A stretch of 32,000 nucleotides of DNA, taken from assembly GCA_942490885.1 (NCBI GenBank), contig CALNYT010000002.1:1184807-1216806 (forward strand), written 5' to 3'. Below, one piece after another: positions 1-7,895 of the stretch (position 1 is its first letter; every line of letters begins with the position of its first letter). A model generated the notes under the pieces. The model made no database searches, was not told where the DNA came from, and saw only the letters and a list, made by a program, of their open reading frames with translations. The DNA is from an uncultured Clostridiaceae bacterium (GTDB taxonomy: Bacteria; Bacillota; Clostridia; Clostridiales; Clostridiaceae). A program made the position numbers and the translations under genes.

Positions 1-236
1 ATATAGCTGATTCCACAATTAAGGAAATATGGAATAACAATAAGATGATTAGATTGATAGATGAGGTTAAAAAGTATAATCCTAAAGACTGTGAGGGATG
101 TGAATATAAGGAGTATTGTACTAGATGTCCTGGTATGGTTTGGGAGAATCATGAGTATGAAAATATAAAAGATGAAATAATGTGTTTCAGAGCAAAAGCC
201 GCATATAATGCTGCAAGAGAGGAGCGGGTAATATGA
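1..236 (+). CDS. radical SAM/SPASM-domain peptide maturase, C-terminal end (5' part outside window)
   Basis: Frame is open from the window edge (codons phased from nt 3) to TGA 234-236. The tail ...DCEGCEYKEYCTRCPG... is a CxxCx5CxxC cluster typical of SPASM auxiliary Fe-S domains. The stop overlaps the ATG of the next gene (ATGA at 233-236). Confidence 0.7.
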   Translation, partial: IADSTIKEIWNNNKMIRLIDEVKKYNPKDCEGCEYKEYCTRCPGMVWENHEYENIKDEIMCFRAKAAYNAAREERVI

Positions 237-1477
237 AGTATCAGATTTGTGAAGAGATTACTACAAGATTAAAAGGAAATCAACTTCTTGTAATAAAGGG
301 TAAAAATGGTAGACAATATAAATTAAAAAAGGAAGTCATGAATATATGGAAAGGAATTATGGAAGGAAATAGTGAAGAGGAGATTTTGGAAGAGACAGGT
401 ATATCAGAAGAACTTCTTAGAAATTATTTAGAAGAATTTGAAAAACAAAATTTGATCAAAGAAGGAGAAGCAAAATTACAAATTGAAAAGCAAATTTTAT
501 GGGAACCCTATGATAGAAAATATACAATACACAAAGCAGGATTAGTTGTAACTGATGAGTGTAATTTAAGGTGTAGACACTGTTACAATGAATTTGAAAG
601 GGAAAATAGAAAAGTACTATCACTTGAACAGTGGAAAGATGCTGTAATTCAACTGAAAAATTTAGGGTGTTACAACTTAATGATAACAGGTGGTGAAGCT
701 TTTTTATATAAGAATATTTTTGAGCTATTAGATTTCATTGATAAAAGTGGTTTTACTTTTTCAATAAATAGCAATGGTACATTAATAGATGAGAATATTG
801 TTTTAAAACTTAAGGAATATTCTAATCTTGAGTGTATATGTATATCATTGTATGGATTGAGTAAAGAGACATATAGAGATTTTTCTAGAAGAGAAATTGA
901 GCCTGAAAACATAGTAAATAATATTAAACTATTGAATAAAAATGGGATAGAGACTATTGTCCAATTTAATTATAATAATAAAACCTTTGAAGATGCTTTA
1001 GATCTTAGGAAGTTTGAGAAGAAGCACAATTTAAATCTACTAAAGCAAATTTCATATATATATTCAAATTTGACATCCACAAAATCAGAAGATTTTAATT
1101 TGAATGATGAGCAATTACAAAGGTTATACGATGAAAAAATAATTGAGATAAATGATAAATGCAATCCTTGTACAAGCTGCGGAAGGGAAAGATGTTCAAT
1201 AAATTCAAGAGGAGATGTATCTATCTGTGAGTTAATGGGTGGATATCCTGTTGGAAATATTAAAGAAAATAGCTTAATGGACATATGGAGTTCTTTTGAG
1301 TGTGATACGTTTCTTGAAAACACAGAACCTAATAAAGAATGTAATAGTTGTGATGTAAAAGAGTTCTGCATACGGTGTGATGGAGTGGCATTAATTGAAT
1401 CTGGTGACAGAAAGGGTATAGCAAAGAGGCTATGTGAGTATACTAGAAAATTAAAAAAGGTATCCCAATGTAATTGA
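233..1477 (+). CDS. radical SAM/SPASM peptide-modifying enzyme with N-terminal PqqD-like RiPP recognition element
   Basis: 414-aa ORF. CNLRCRHC (CxxxCxxC radical SAM cluster) lies near residue 110. C-terminal Cys clusters CNPCTSCGRERC and CNSCDVKEFCIRCDG are SPASM-type. The N-terminal ~90 aa (KEVMNIWKGIMEGNSEEEILEETGISEELLRNYLEEFEKQNLI) resembles a PqqD/RRE winged helix. Translationally coupled to the upstream rSAM gene. Confidence 0.85.
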   Translation: MKYQICEEITTRLKGNQLLVIKGKNGRQYKLKKEVMNIWKGIMEGNSEEEILEETGISEELLRNYLEEFEKQNLIKEGEAKLQIEKQILWEPYDRKYTIHKAGLVVTDECNLRCRHCYNEFERENRKVLSLEQWKDAVIQLKNLGCYNLMITGGEAFLYKNIFELLDFIDKSGFTFSINSNGTLIDENIVLKLKEYSNLECICISLYGLSKETYRDFSRREIEPENIVNNIKLLNKNGIETIVQFNYNNKTFEDALDLRKFEKKHNLNLLKQISYIYSNLTSTKSEDFNLNDEQLQRLYDEKIIEINDKCNPCTSCGRERCSINSRGDVSICELMGGYPVGNIKENSLMDIWSSFECDTFLENTEPNKECNSCDVKEFCIRCDGVALIESGDRKGIAKRLCEYTRKLKKVSQCN

Positions 1478-1637
1478 GTTTAGTAAGATGGATGGTGCTA
1501 TAATGGTGCTGTCCATTTTCAATTGTATTTGAAAGCTAAGTCCCAATATGTATAAACTATTGTATTTTAAAGAAAAAGACTATAATATTAAATATGACAA
1601 GTATTTATTGAGATAATAATAGAACGGAGAGGGAAAC

Positions 1638-2129
1638 ATGGGACAAACTAATACTGAAGAAATGCAAATAGAAAGTAAAATAGAATTTGAAAGACCATTT
1701 GCGGGGCTTCTAGCAGGAATAATGGGAGCTGTATTGGGGACTATCTTTTTTGTTTTATATAGTATTCTTTTTAGAGGTACAAATATAATCATATATGGTT
1801 TAGTTGGATTTTTTATTGGAATAGTGATAAAGAATCATGGAAGAGGAAAACATATCTTTTTTTCTATAATTGCAGTGATTTGTACTACTGTATCCTGTAT
1901 TATGGGACAAGCTATAGTATATATATACATGGTGTATTTGGCTGCAGCGGAATATGAAATTAAACTACTGATGATTATAGATACAAATAATTTCCAAACA
2001 TTATTTAACGGAGTAATATATTTATTCAAAAGTGGGACGATAATTTATATCTTATTTGGGTCATTATTTGCATACCAACACTCAAGGATAAAGAACAGAG
2101 AGCAGAGAATAAAGAGCGAAGAGAGATAA
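1638..2129 (+). CDS. small integral membrane protein, unknown function
   Basis: 163-aa ORF with a GGAGAGGG Shine-Dalgarno a few nt upstream of the ATG. Several long hydrophobic stretches (LLAGIMGAVLGTIFFVLYSILF, IIIYGLVGFFIGIVI, FFSIIAVICTTVSCIMGQAIVYIYMVYLAA). No family recognised. Confidence 0.6.
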   Translation: MGQTNTEEMQIESKIEFERPFAGLLAGIMGAVLGTIFFVLYSILFRGTNIIIYGLVGFFIGIVIKNHGRGKHIFFSIIAVICTTVSCIMGQAIVYIYMVYLAAAEYEIKLLMIIDTNNFQTLFNGVIYLFKSGTIIYILFGSLFAYQHSRIKNREQRIKSEER

Positions 2130-2149
2130 GAGAGTTGTTAAAAGAGTTA

Positions 2150-2203
2150 CCCCTGGGGAAATTTCCCCAGGGGAATTAACCCCTGGGGAAATTTCCCCAG
2201 GGG
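2150..2203. repeat. tandem pair of identical perfect 24-bp GC-rich palindromes (hairpin pair)
   Basis: CCCCTGGGGAAATTTCCCCAGGGG occurs at 2150-2173 and again at 2180-2203, separated by AATTAA. Each copy can fold as a 9-bp stem with an AAATTT loop. The pair lies between the stop at 2129 and the RBS of the next gene. No U-tract follows either hairpin. Confidence 0.9.
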
Positions 2204-2258
2204 TAAGTATATTCCGTGATGAGTAAAAAGTAGGACAAACTACTTTAAAATTAGGAGG

Positions 2259-2957
2259 ATGTTTATGGAAATAAAAATATTCCATTTAATAGATGGAGCA
2301 AAGAAAGCAGAAGGATTAACAGTAATAATTGATGTTTTCAGGGCATTTTCTGTTGCATGTTATACATTCAGTAAAGGAGTAAAAAGGCATATTCCTGTTG
2401 GAGAAGTTGAGTTTGCACGTAAATTAAAAGTAGAAAACAATGATTATATTTTAGTTGGAGAAAGAAATGGAATTACTTTACCAGGATTTGATTTTGGTAA
2501 TTCACCATCTCAAATTATTGAAGCTGATTTATCAGATAGAACTGTAGTTCATACAACAACTGCAGGAACTCAAGGAATAGTTAATGCAAATGGAGCAGAA
2601 GAAATTATTACAGGAAGTTTTGTTAATGCATCAGCAATAGTTAGATATATTAAAGAGAGAAATCCTAAAATTGTTTCTTTAGTTTGTATGGGGTATGCAT
2701 ATGAAGATGAAGCAGAGGAAGATACTTTATGTGCGGAGTATATTAAGAGTGCGTTAGAGGGGAAAATTTTAGATCCCAATGAAATTAAAGAAAGATTAAG
2801 ACAAGATGCAGGGAAACGATTTTTTCAGCCTGAGAGTCAAGAGTGGGCACCTGAAAGTGACTTTGATTTATGTTTGGACTTTAATAAATTTAACTTTATT
2901 TTGAAAGCTGAAAAGGATAATGATGGATTATTCTATTTAACAAAGATTGATATTTAA
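2259..2957 (+). CDS. comB: ComB-family 2-phosphosulfolactate phosphatase-like protein
   Basis: 232-aa ORF with an AGGAGG RBS. VIIDVFRAFSV and VGERNGITLPGFDFGNSPSQI match the hallmark DV(F/L)RA and GERxG...GFDxGNSP motifs of the ComB family. Confidence 0.75.
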   Translation: MFMEIKIFHLIDGAKKAEGLTVIIDVFRAFSVACYTFSKGVKRHIPVGEVEFARKLKVENNDYILVGERNGITLPGFDFGNSPSQIIEADLSDRTVVHTTTAGTQGIVNANGAEEIITGSFVNASAIVRYIKERNPKIVSLVCMGYAYEDEAEEDTLCAEYIKSALEGKILDPNEIKERLRQDAGKRFFQPESQEWAPESDFDLCLDFNKFNFILKAEKDNDGLFYLTKIDI

Positions 2958-2965
2958 ATAATGGC

Positions 2966-3262
2966 TTGTGGGAAAATAATCAACTTATTTCTCCAAAATA
3001 CATACAAGAATCAACAAAGGAGCATGTGTACGGCAGTTTTCCTGAAAGTAATCCATACGGTTATTTATGGTGGATAAATGATATTGAAAAACACAAAGCT
3101 TTTTATGCAGGAGGATTTGGTGGTCAATATCTTTATGTAATACCTGACTTACAATTAATTTTTGTAATTACATCTAATATGGATAAGCCCCATCAAGAGA
3201 ATAAGTTACTTGTAAAGGAATTTGTAAAAATGATAATATCAGATAGTGATAAAGTTACATAA
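2966..3262 (+). pseudogene. C-terminal fragment of a beta-lactamase-fold serine hydrolase (N-terminal catalytic part missing)
   Basis: 98-codon ORF that starts only at a TTG, with no RBS. YLWWINDIEKHKAFYAGGFGGQYLYVIPDLQLIFVITSN is the conserved C-terminal sheet region of class-C beta-lactamase/PBP-like hydrolases. The SxxK nucleophile region is absent. Confidence 0.6.
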
Positions 3263-3310
3263 ATAAAATATTATTCTAGTATTCGACTGAATTTAAATAA
3301 ACAATGGGGG

Positions 3311-4558
3311 ATGAAAGTGTACAACATAAATATTGAAAAAACAGAAGTAAAAAAGAATTGGTTATGGACAAAGAATTTTACTCTATTGTGGCTAGGTCAG
3401 TTTGTTTCAAGTTTAGGGGATTCTTTTTATGGTATGGCATTAAGTGTATTTATTTTAGATATAACTGGATCTGTTTCGTTTTTAGGATTTATTAAAGCAG
3501 TTTCCTTAATACCACGGATTATTATTTCGCCTTTTGCTGGTGCTGTTGCTGATAGTCATGATAGGAAAAAAATCATAGTATTATCAGATTTAATTTGTGG
3601 TATAGCTTTAATATTATTGTTTATAGCAATTAAATTAGGATATACAAATTTATGGATGTTTTTAGTTGTTGGGATTATTATTGGTATTGCAAGTTGCTTC
3701 TTTAACCCTGCTGTAAACTCAGTGATTCCAGATGTTGTAGATAAAGATAATTTGATAAAGGCAAATTCTTCCTTATCTATTATTTATAAAGGAAACAGTT
3801 TGTTAGGGAGTGCGGCAGCTGGTACAGTAATTAATTTAATTGGAGCACCTTTGTTATTCCTTTTCAATGGGATTAGTTTTATCTTCTCTGCAGCATCGGA
3901 GTCCTTTATTGAAATTCCTAAAAGTGATAAGAAAGTTGAAAAAGTCAACTATTTTAAAGATGTAATGGCTGGAGCTAGGTATGTTATTAGAAACAAAGGA
4001 TTAGTTTATCTATACATTGTAGTTGCATTTCTAAATTTCTTTGGGAGTATAGGATTTATGTTAGCTCTACCATATTTTAAAATGACTGAAGGCTTGGGAA
4101 TTCAGGCTTATGGAATTGCTCTTTCTTTTTCATCAGCAGGATTGATAGTTGGTTTTTCAATTTTACCAAAGGTTGATTTAAAAAAAGTGAGTAAGTTTTC
4201 CCTATTTATCATGAGTGGAGTTATAACTTCTGTTGCAATGATTGCAGTAGCCAATGTTAATAGTGTGTTTTTAACTTTTTTACTAATGTTCTGCAATGGA
4301 CTAGGTATATCAATTACAAATTCGATTTTACAAGTTACATTTCAACGAAAAATTCCTAGAGATTTGAGGGGGAAAGTATTTGGGTTCAAAAAGATGTTAG
4401 GATTATCTTTAGTTCCTATTGCTTTGATGGTTGGGGGTGTATTAGCAGAGATTTTCACAACTCGAGTAGTGATTTGTTTTTCATACTTTATTTTGCTTTT
4501 ATTATTTTTAGTAACAAGTACTGTTAAAGATATTAGGGAATACATCAATATTGATTAA
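3311..4558 (+). CDS. MFS transporter (EntS/macrolide-efflux-like subfamily)
   Basis: 415-aa ORF, about 12 hydrophobic segments. The N-terminal NFTLLWLGQFVSSLGDSFYGMAL and loop GAVADSHDRKKI are typical of the MFS_3 (EntS-like) group. Confidence 0.8.
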   Translation: MKVYNINIEKTEVKKNWLWTKNFTLLWLGQFVSSLGDSFYGMALSVFILDITGSVSFLGFIKAVSLIPRIIISPFAGAVADSHDRKKIIVLSDLICGIALILLFIAIKLGYTNLWMFLVVGIIIGIASCFFNPAVNSVIPDVVDKDNLIKANSSLSIIYKGNSLLGSAAAGTVINLIGAPLLFLFNGISFIFSAASESFIEIPKSDKKVEKVNYFKDVMAGARYVIRNKGLVYLYIVVAFLNFFGSIGFMLALPYFKMTEGLGIQAYGIALSFSSAGLIVGFSILPKVDLKKVSKFSLFIMSGVITSVAMIAVANVNSVFLTFLLMFCNGLGISITNSILQVTFQRKIPRDLRGKVFGFKKMLGLSLVPIALMVGGVLAEIFTTRVVICFSYFILLLLFLVTSTVKDIREYINID

Positions 4559-4565
4559 AGTTATT

Positions 4566-4648
4566 TATGAAGTTTAGAGGGGGTTATGAAATATAAAGAC
4601 GGAATAATTAGGAGATATGTAGGGTTCTATGTTACAGAAATAGAATAA
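4566..4648 (+). repeat. orphan copy of the 3' end of the small ORF at 12388-12576
   Basis: The last 63 nt (ATG 4586 to TAA 4648) encode MKYKDGIIRRYVGFYVTEIE. Compare MKYKEGIVRQYVGFYVTEIE at 12514-12576, with about 8 nt mismatches by eye. Similarity continues ~20 nt upstream. Confidence 0.7.
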
Positions 4649-4681
4649 CCATTTGGATGAGGGCCGTTTCAAAATAAACAA

Positions 4682-4718
4682 ATAGCAAGAAGAACTACCA
4701 CTAGTTTCTTCTTGCTAT
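4682..4718. terminator. bidirectional intrinsic terminator between convergent genes
   Basis: ATAGCAAGAAGAA (4682-4694) pairs perfectly with TTCTTCTTGCTAT (4706-4718). T-rich on the + side and A-rich upstream. Sits between the MFS gene (+) and the 4756-5778 gene (-). Confidence 0.75.
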
Positions 4719-4755
4719 TTACATTTAATATCTATTAAGTTAGCTTATATATTTT

Positions 4756-5778
4756 TTATTGAAGTACTGGAGTAAATCCCGAATTATTTGTAGGATTTAA
4801 TGATGATTCATCAGAATCATTATTGTAACTTTCATATGCTTCCTTCACTTCATTTACACTGTTAGTAACTGTTTCTTTAATGTTTAAGAATGAATCTTTT
4901 AAAGTATTAAATATGTTTATGCTAGCATTTTTAATTTCACTAGCTACAGTTTTTACTGTAGAAATCACATCTTTACTTACAGATACTATAGTGTTTTTAA
5001 CTGTATTTACTTCAGACATAGAGTTTTTAACGGTAGATACTGTATTTCTGTAATCTTTAACAATATCTTCATATGCCTTTGGAACATTTGTTGATATTGA
5101 TTTTATAGGTTCTTTTATAGAATCTATACCATCTTTTATAGCTTTAACAGAGTCTGAGCCTTTTGTTAATATTCCTTTATTAGGATCATGTAGAATAGTT
5201 CCTATATTATTTGCTGTATCTTTGCATTTGCTTACTATGCTTTTAACATCGTTACTTACAGAAACAGCAGTTTTTGATATTGTATTAGTTATAGAAGTAA
5301 CAGAGTTTTTAATTTCTTCAGCAGCTGTTCTCAAATTAGAGGAAGTACTTGTAACTTGCTTAACTGTACTAGCTATTTGTGAAGCTGTTTTACTTATTTT
5401 ATTAGATACCGATTCAGCAACATCAAGTACAGCTTTACTTACTGAATTAAAGGTATCTTTAATATTTTTTGCAACTTTAGTCACAGCATTCTTAACACTT
5501 TTACTTATAGACACTGCTGTTTTTGCTACCTTTTTTACAGTGTCTGCTGCAACGGATAAGGAATTCCATATTGATTTAAAAAAGCCACTAGCAGAACTTT
5601 TAGTTGTATCTTTCTCTTTGTTTTCAACTTCCTTAGGAGTGTTAGCGTCCTTAACAATTGATGTTTTTTCAGTATCTTTAACATCCTTTGAATTTTTAGG
5701 AGTTGCATTTACTTTAGTTGTATTTGTAGGTCTTACTTTATACATTGTATTGTTGTTAATAGTAGTTGTGTTAATCAT
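4756..5778 (-). CDS. low-complexity Ser/Thr/Lys/Val/Asn-rich amphipathic-repeat protein, unknown function
   Basis: 340-aa ORF with an AAGGAGTG RBS. No signal peptide or TM segment. The central ~250 aa have hydrophobic V/I/F every 3-4 residues with recurring SKxV/TVK/VKN motifs (e.g. VKKVAKTAVSISKSVKNAVTKVAKNIKDTFNSVSKAVLDVAESVSNKISKTASQIASTVKQV). Lies 34 nt downstream of the CBM48-like gene, so likely the same operon. Confidence 0.65.
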   Translation of the reverse strand: MINTTTINNNTMYKVRPTNTTKVNATPKNSKDVKDTEKTSIVKDANTPKEVENKEKDTTKSSASGFFKSIWNSLSVAADTVKKVAKTAVSISKSVKNAVTKVAKNIKDTFNSVSKAVLDVAESVSNKISKTASQIASTVKQVTSTSSNLRTAAEEIKNSVTSITNTISKTAVSVSNDVKSIVSKCKDTANNIGTILHDPNKGILTKGSDSVKAIKDGIDSIKEPIKSISTNVPKAYEDIVKDYRNTVSTVKNSMSEVNTVKNTIVSVSKDVISTVKTVASEIKNASINIFNTLKDSFLNIKETVTNSVNEVKEAYESYNNDSDESSLNPTNNSGFTPVLQ

Positions 5779-5812
5779 AATCTATCACTCCTTCGATATA
5801 TTCTTATTTTTG

Positions 5813-6499
5813 TTAATACGTTACCTTACCATTAGCTGAGTATCTGTTTGCTTTTACTAAATTGAATTCATCTTCTAGGATAAACTCTCCATCTACAAAA
5901 AGTTTCATTGTCCATGTTCCAGTAGGATATTTTTGTGTATCATTTTTTAAATCCATCCAAAACCACTGACATATAGGTTTGTCCTCATTTTCAGGTTTGA
6001 ATAAATTATTTTCCACTACTTGGAACAATTCTCCTTTAGGTGTATACCATGCTGTTGTTACAGTGTGTAAACCTGTTACATTAATAAATTCAAATCTTGT
6101 AACTACTTTTTTATCTAATAATGTGTTAAAGACTTTTTTATTAGCAGTTGGTAATTTTTCACTAATACTAGAACTAATATTATATTTGTCTATATGCACT
6201 GTATATTCAGTGTTGTTGTAAAGCCTTTGGTCTTCATCGTTAATCATAACTATTGACCAAACTTCCTCATTATCATCTGGAAGATATATATTAGCCGTTG
6301 AATCATTAAGCTTTAATTCTCCATTAATAAGAAACTTATATTTATGTTCTCCAGATGGTAGATTGCAATTAAAACTCCATATATTGTTGTCTTTTACCAT
6401 TTTACATTTGCTAGGTTCATAATTATTAAATGAACCAATAACAGAGATGGTGTTAATAGGTAAGTATTCAGTTTCTTCATAAGTAAAATTAATTGTCAT
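5813..6499 (-). CDS. CBM48 / AMPK-beta glycogen-binding-domain-like protein with a second beta-rich domain
   Basis: 228-aa ORF with a GGAGG RBS. The N-terminus VIGSFNNYEPSKCKMVKDNNIWSFNCNLPSGEHKYKFLINGELKLND closely parallels the AMPK-beta GBD/CBM48 signature (W...LPxGEHxYKFxVDG). No catalytic domain recognised. Confidence 0.7.
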   Translation of the reverse strand: MTINFTYEETEYLPINTISVIGSFNNYEPSKCKMVKDNNIWSFNCNLPSGEHKYKFLINGELKLNDSTANIYLPDDNEEVWSIVMINDEDQRLYNNTEYTVHIDKYNISSSISEKLPTANKKVFNTLLDKKVVTRFEFINVTGLHTVTTAWYTPKGELFQVVENNLFKPENEDKPICQWFWMDLKNDTQKYPTGTWTMKLFVDGEFILEDEFNLVKANRYSANGKVTY

Positions 6500-6954
6500 A
6501 AAGTACCTCCTAATTTTTTTATATAGTAGATTTTAAAACTATCTAAAAAATGTTATCAATATAAAATAAGAGTTTTAATTAGGTTTTAGTTATAAGTAAT
6601 ATTAGTGATAATAGTACACTTTAACCTAAAATTTATTTGTTTTTTCTGTATAGTATATTATCGTACAATAATGCAAGATATTTATACCAATTTTTCAATT
6701 TATAATAAAATTATTATTTATGGTGGAAATAATAGAAAAGATAGACTAGAGAAATATTACCAAGAATCACTATCAGATTATTCATAGAGACCTTTGGTAA
6801 ATGAATTTTGAACTATAGGAATCTTATAAGAAATGCTCAACTTTAGTTATGTGCTATTTATGAGGTTTTTAGAGAAAGGGAGTTATGATATCATTAAATA
6901 ACAATATATGTATTAAAAGAAAATATTATTTCAATAATAGATGGAGATGAGAAA

Positions 6955-7640
6955 ATGAAGAACAAGATATTATCTCTAATAAAAATTGCTACACATTATT
7001 CACCATTTTATTTCACAGTATGCTTATTGTTAACCATTGTAGAAGGATTAATGGTGCCTTTTATGCTGTTTACAGTGGCAAAATTTATTGATGCAGCTAT
7101 GACAGTAACATCAGCAAATCCGGAAATTAGAATAATGTTAATATACTTAGGGTTGACAGTTATTGGTTATCTATACATGCAATTAGGCCAAGATTTTCGA
7201 CAATATAGTTACAATCAGATATCAGCGAAGTGATTAGGTTGATGGAGTTAGAGGGGTTGGTTGATAATTTACCAAAGAAAGAGCATAGTCATCTTGGTAA
7301 AATCTATTAGGATGGAAGTGATATATCTGGAGGGTAATGGCAAAGAATTGCAATCGCCAGTGGATTTTACCGCCCACATACCCTAATTGTCTTAGATGAA
7401 CCTACTGCAGCGATTGACCCAATTGAGGAGGCTAATGTGTTTGAGTCTTTTAAAAGGATAAGTGTTGAGAAAACATGTGTCTTTGTAACTCATAGATTAG
7501 GTTCTACTAAAATTGCAGACAGAATTATAGTTATGGATAAAGGTGAAATAGTAGAAGAAGGAACACATTTAGAGCTGTTAAACATGCAAGGTAGGTATTA
7601 TGAATTACTACAATCCCAAGCGCAATGGTATGAACGCTAG
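6955..7640 (+). pseudogene. ABC exporter (fused TMD-NBD type) pseudogene with a large internal deletion and two in-frame stops
   Basis: 6955-7233 encodes only the first ~90 aa of a TMD. From ~7225 a different frame reads EVIRLMELEGLVDNLPKKEHSHLGKIY*DGSDISGG*WQRIAIASGFYRPHTLIVLDEPTAAIDPIEEANVFESF...THRLGSTKIADRIIVMDKGEIVEEGTHLELL, covering the signature, Walker B and H-loop. It has TAG at 7308-7310 and TAA at 7335-7337, the latter replacing the Q of LSGGQ. Walker A and most of the TMD are missing. Confidence 0.8.
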
Positions 7641-7643
7641 GGT

Positions 7644-7868
7644 GTGTATGATGAAACGGAAAAGGAATTTGGGAATCGTTTTGAAGAGAATATTACTAAA
7701 AATAAATTCGCTTGTATAATAGCATCAAATAAAAAGTATGTATTGCAACGAGCGGATAAGATTATATTTTTGGAGAAGGGGTATGTCATCGGCTGTGGAA
7801 AAGCAGATGAAATGGCAATGGGGTGTGAGGAATTTGGTAGGATTTTAAAGTGGAGCATGAATTCCTAG
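7644..7868 (+). pseudogene. C-terminal remnant of a second ABC ATPase (partner of the previous pseudogene)
   Basis: 74 codons. ACIIASNKKYVLQRADKIIFLEKGYVIGCGKADEM aligns with the degenerate H-loop/C-terminal region (TxIxIAHRLSTIxxADxIxVLxxGxI) of ABC exporters. Nothing upstream of the H-loop remains. Confidence 0.55.
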
Positions 7869-7889
7869 AATTCATGCTCCACTTTAAAA
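7843..7889. terminator. long perfect hairpin, bidirectional terminator between convergent genes
   Basis: TTTTAAAGTGGAGCATGAATT (7843-7863) and AATTCATGCTCCACTTTAAAA (7869-7889) form a perfect 21-bp stem with loop CCTAG. A/T runs are built into both arms. Confidence 0.75.
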
Positions 7890-7895
7890 TTACTA

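Noticed and set aside
670-1371. Two minus-strand ORFs (80 and 133 aa) inside the radical SAM gene
   Set aside because: They are antisense to a gene with clear motif support, and their products are low-complexity Ser/Leu/Phe-rich with no RBS.
2150-2203. Possible CRISPR array
   Set aside because: There are only two repeat units, separated by a 6-bp spacer. The repeats are perfect palindromes, and no cas genes or leader are present.
2082-2285. 67-aa minus-strand ORF with PGEISPGVNSPGEISPGV repeat
   Set aside because: The amino-acid repeat is simply the translation of the twin palindromes. The ORF overlaps the stop of one gene and the start of another.
5222-5839. 205-aa plus-strand ORF antisense to the 340-aa repeat protein gene
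   Set aside because: It is a shadow frame produced by the low-complexity codon repeats of the minus-strand gene. It has no RBS, a nonsensical Leu/Thr/Val-rich product, and overlaps two well-supported genes.
6605-6787. 60-aa ORF in AT-rich intergenic DNA
   Set aside because: It starts at GTG with no Shine-Dalgarno. Its composition is indistinguishable from the surrounding spacer, and it lies in the divergent promoter region.
7875-7885. GCTCCACTTTA shared between the 7843-7889 hairpin and the 15594 repeat
   Set aside because: An 11-mer match is expected many times by chance in 32 kb of AT-rich DNA, and the similarity does not extend.
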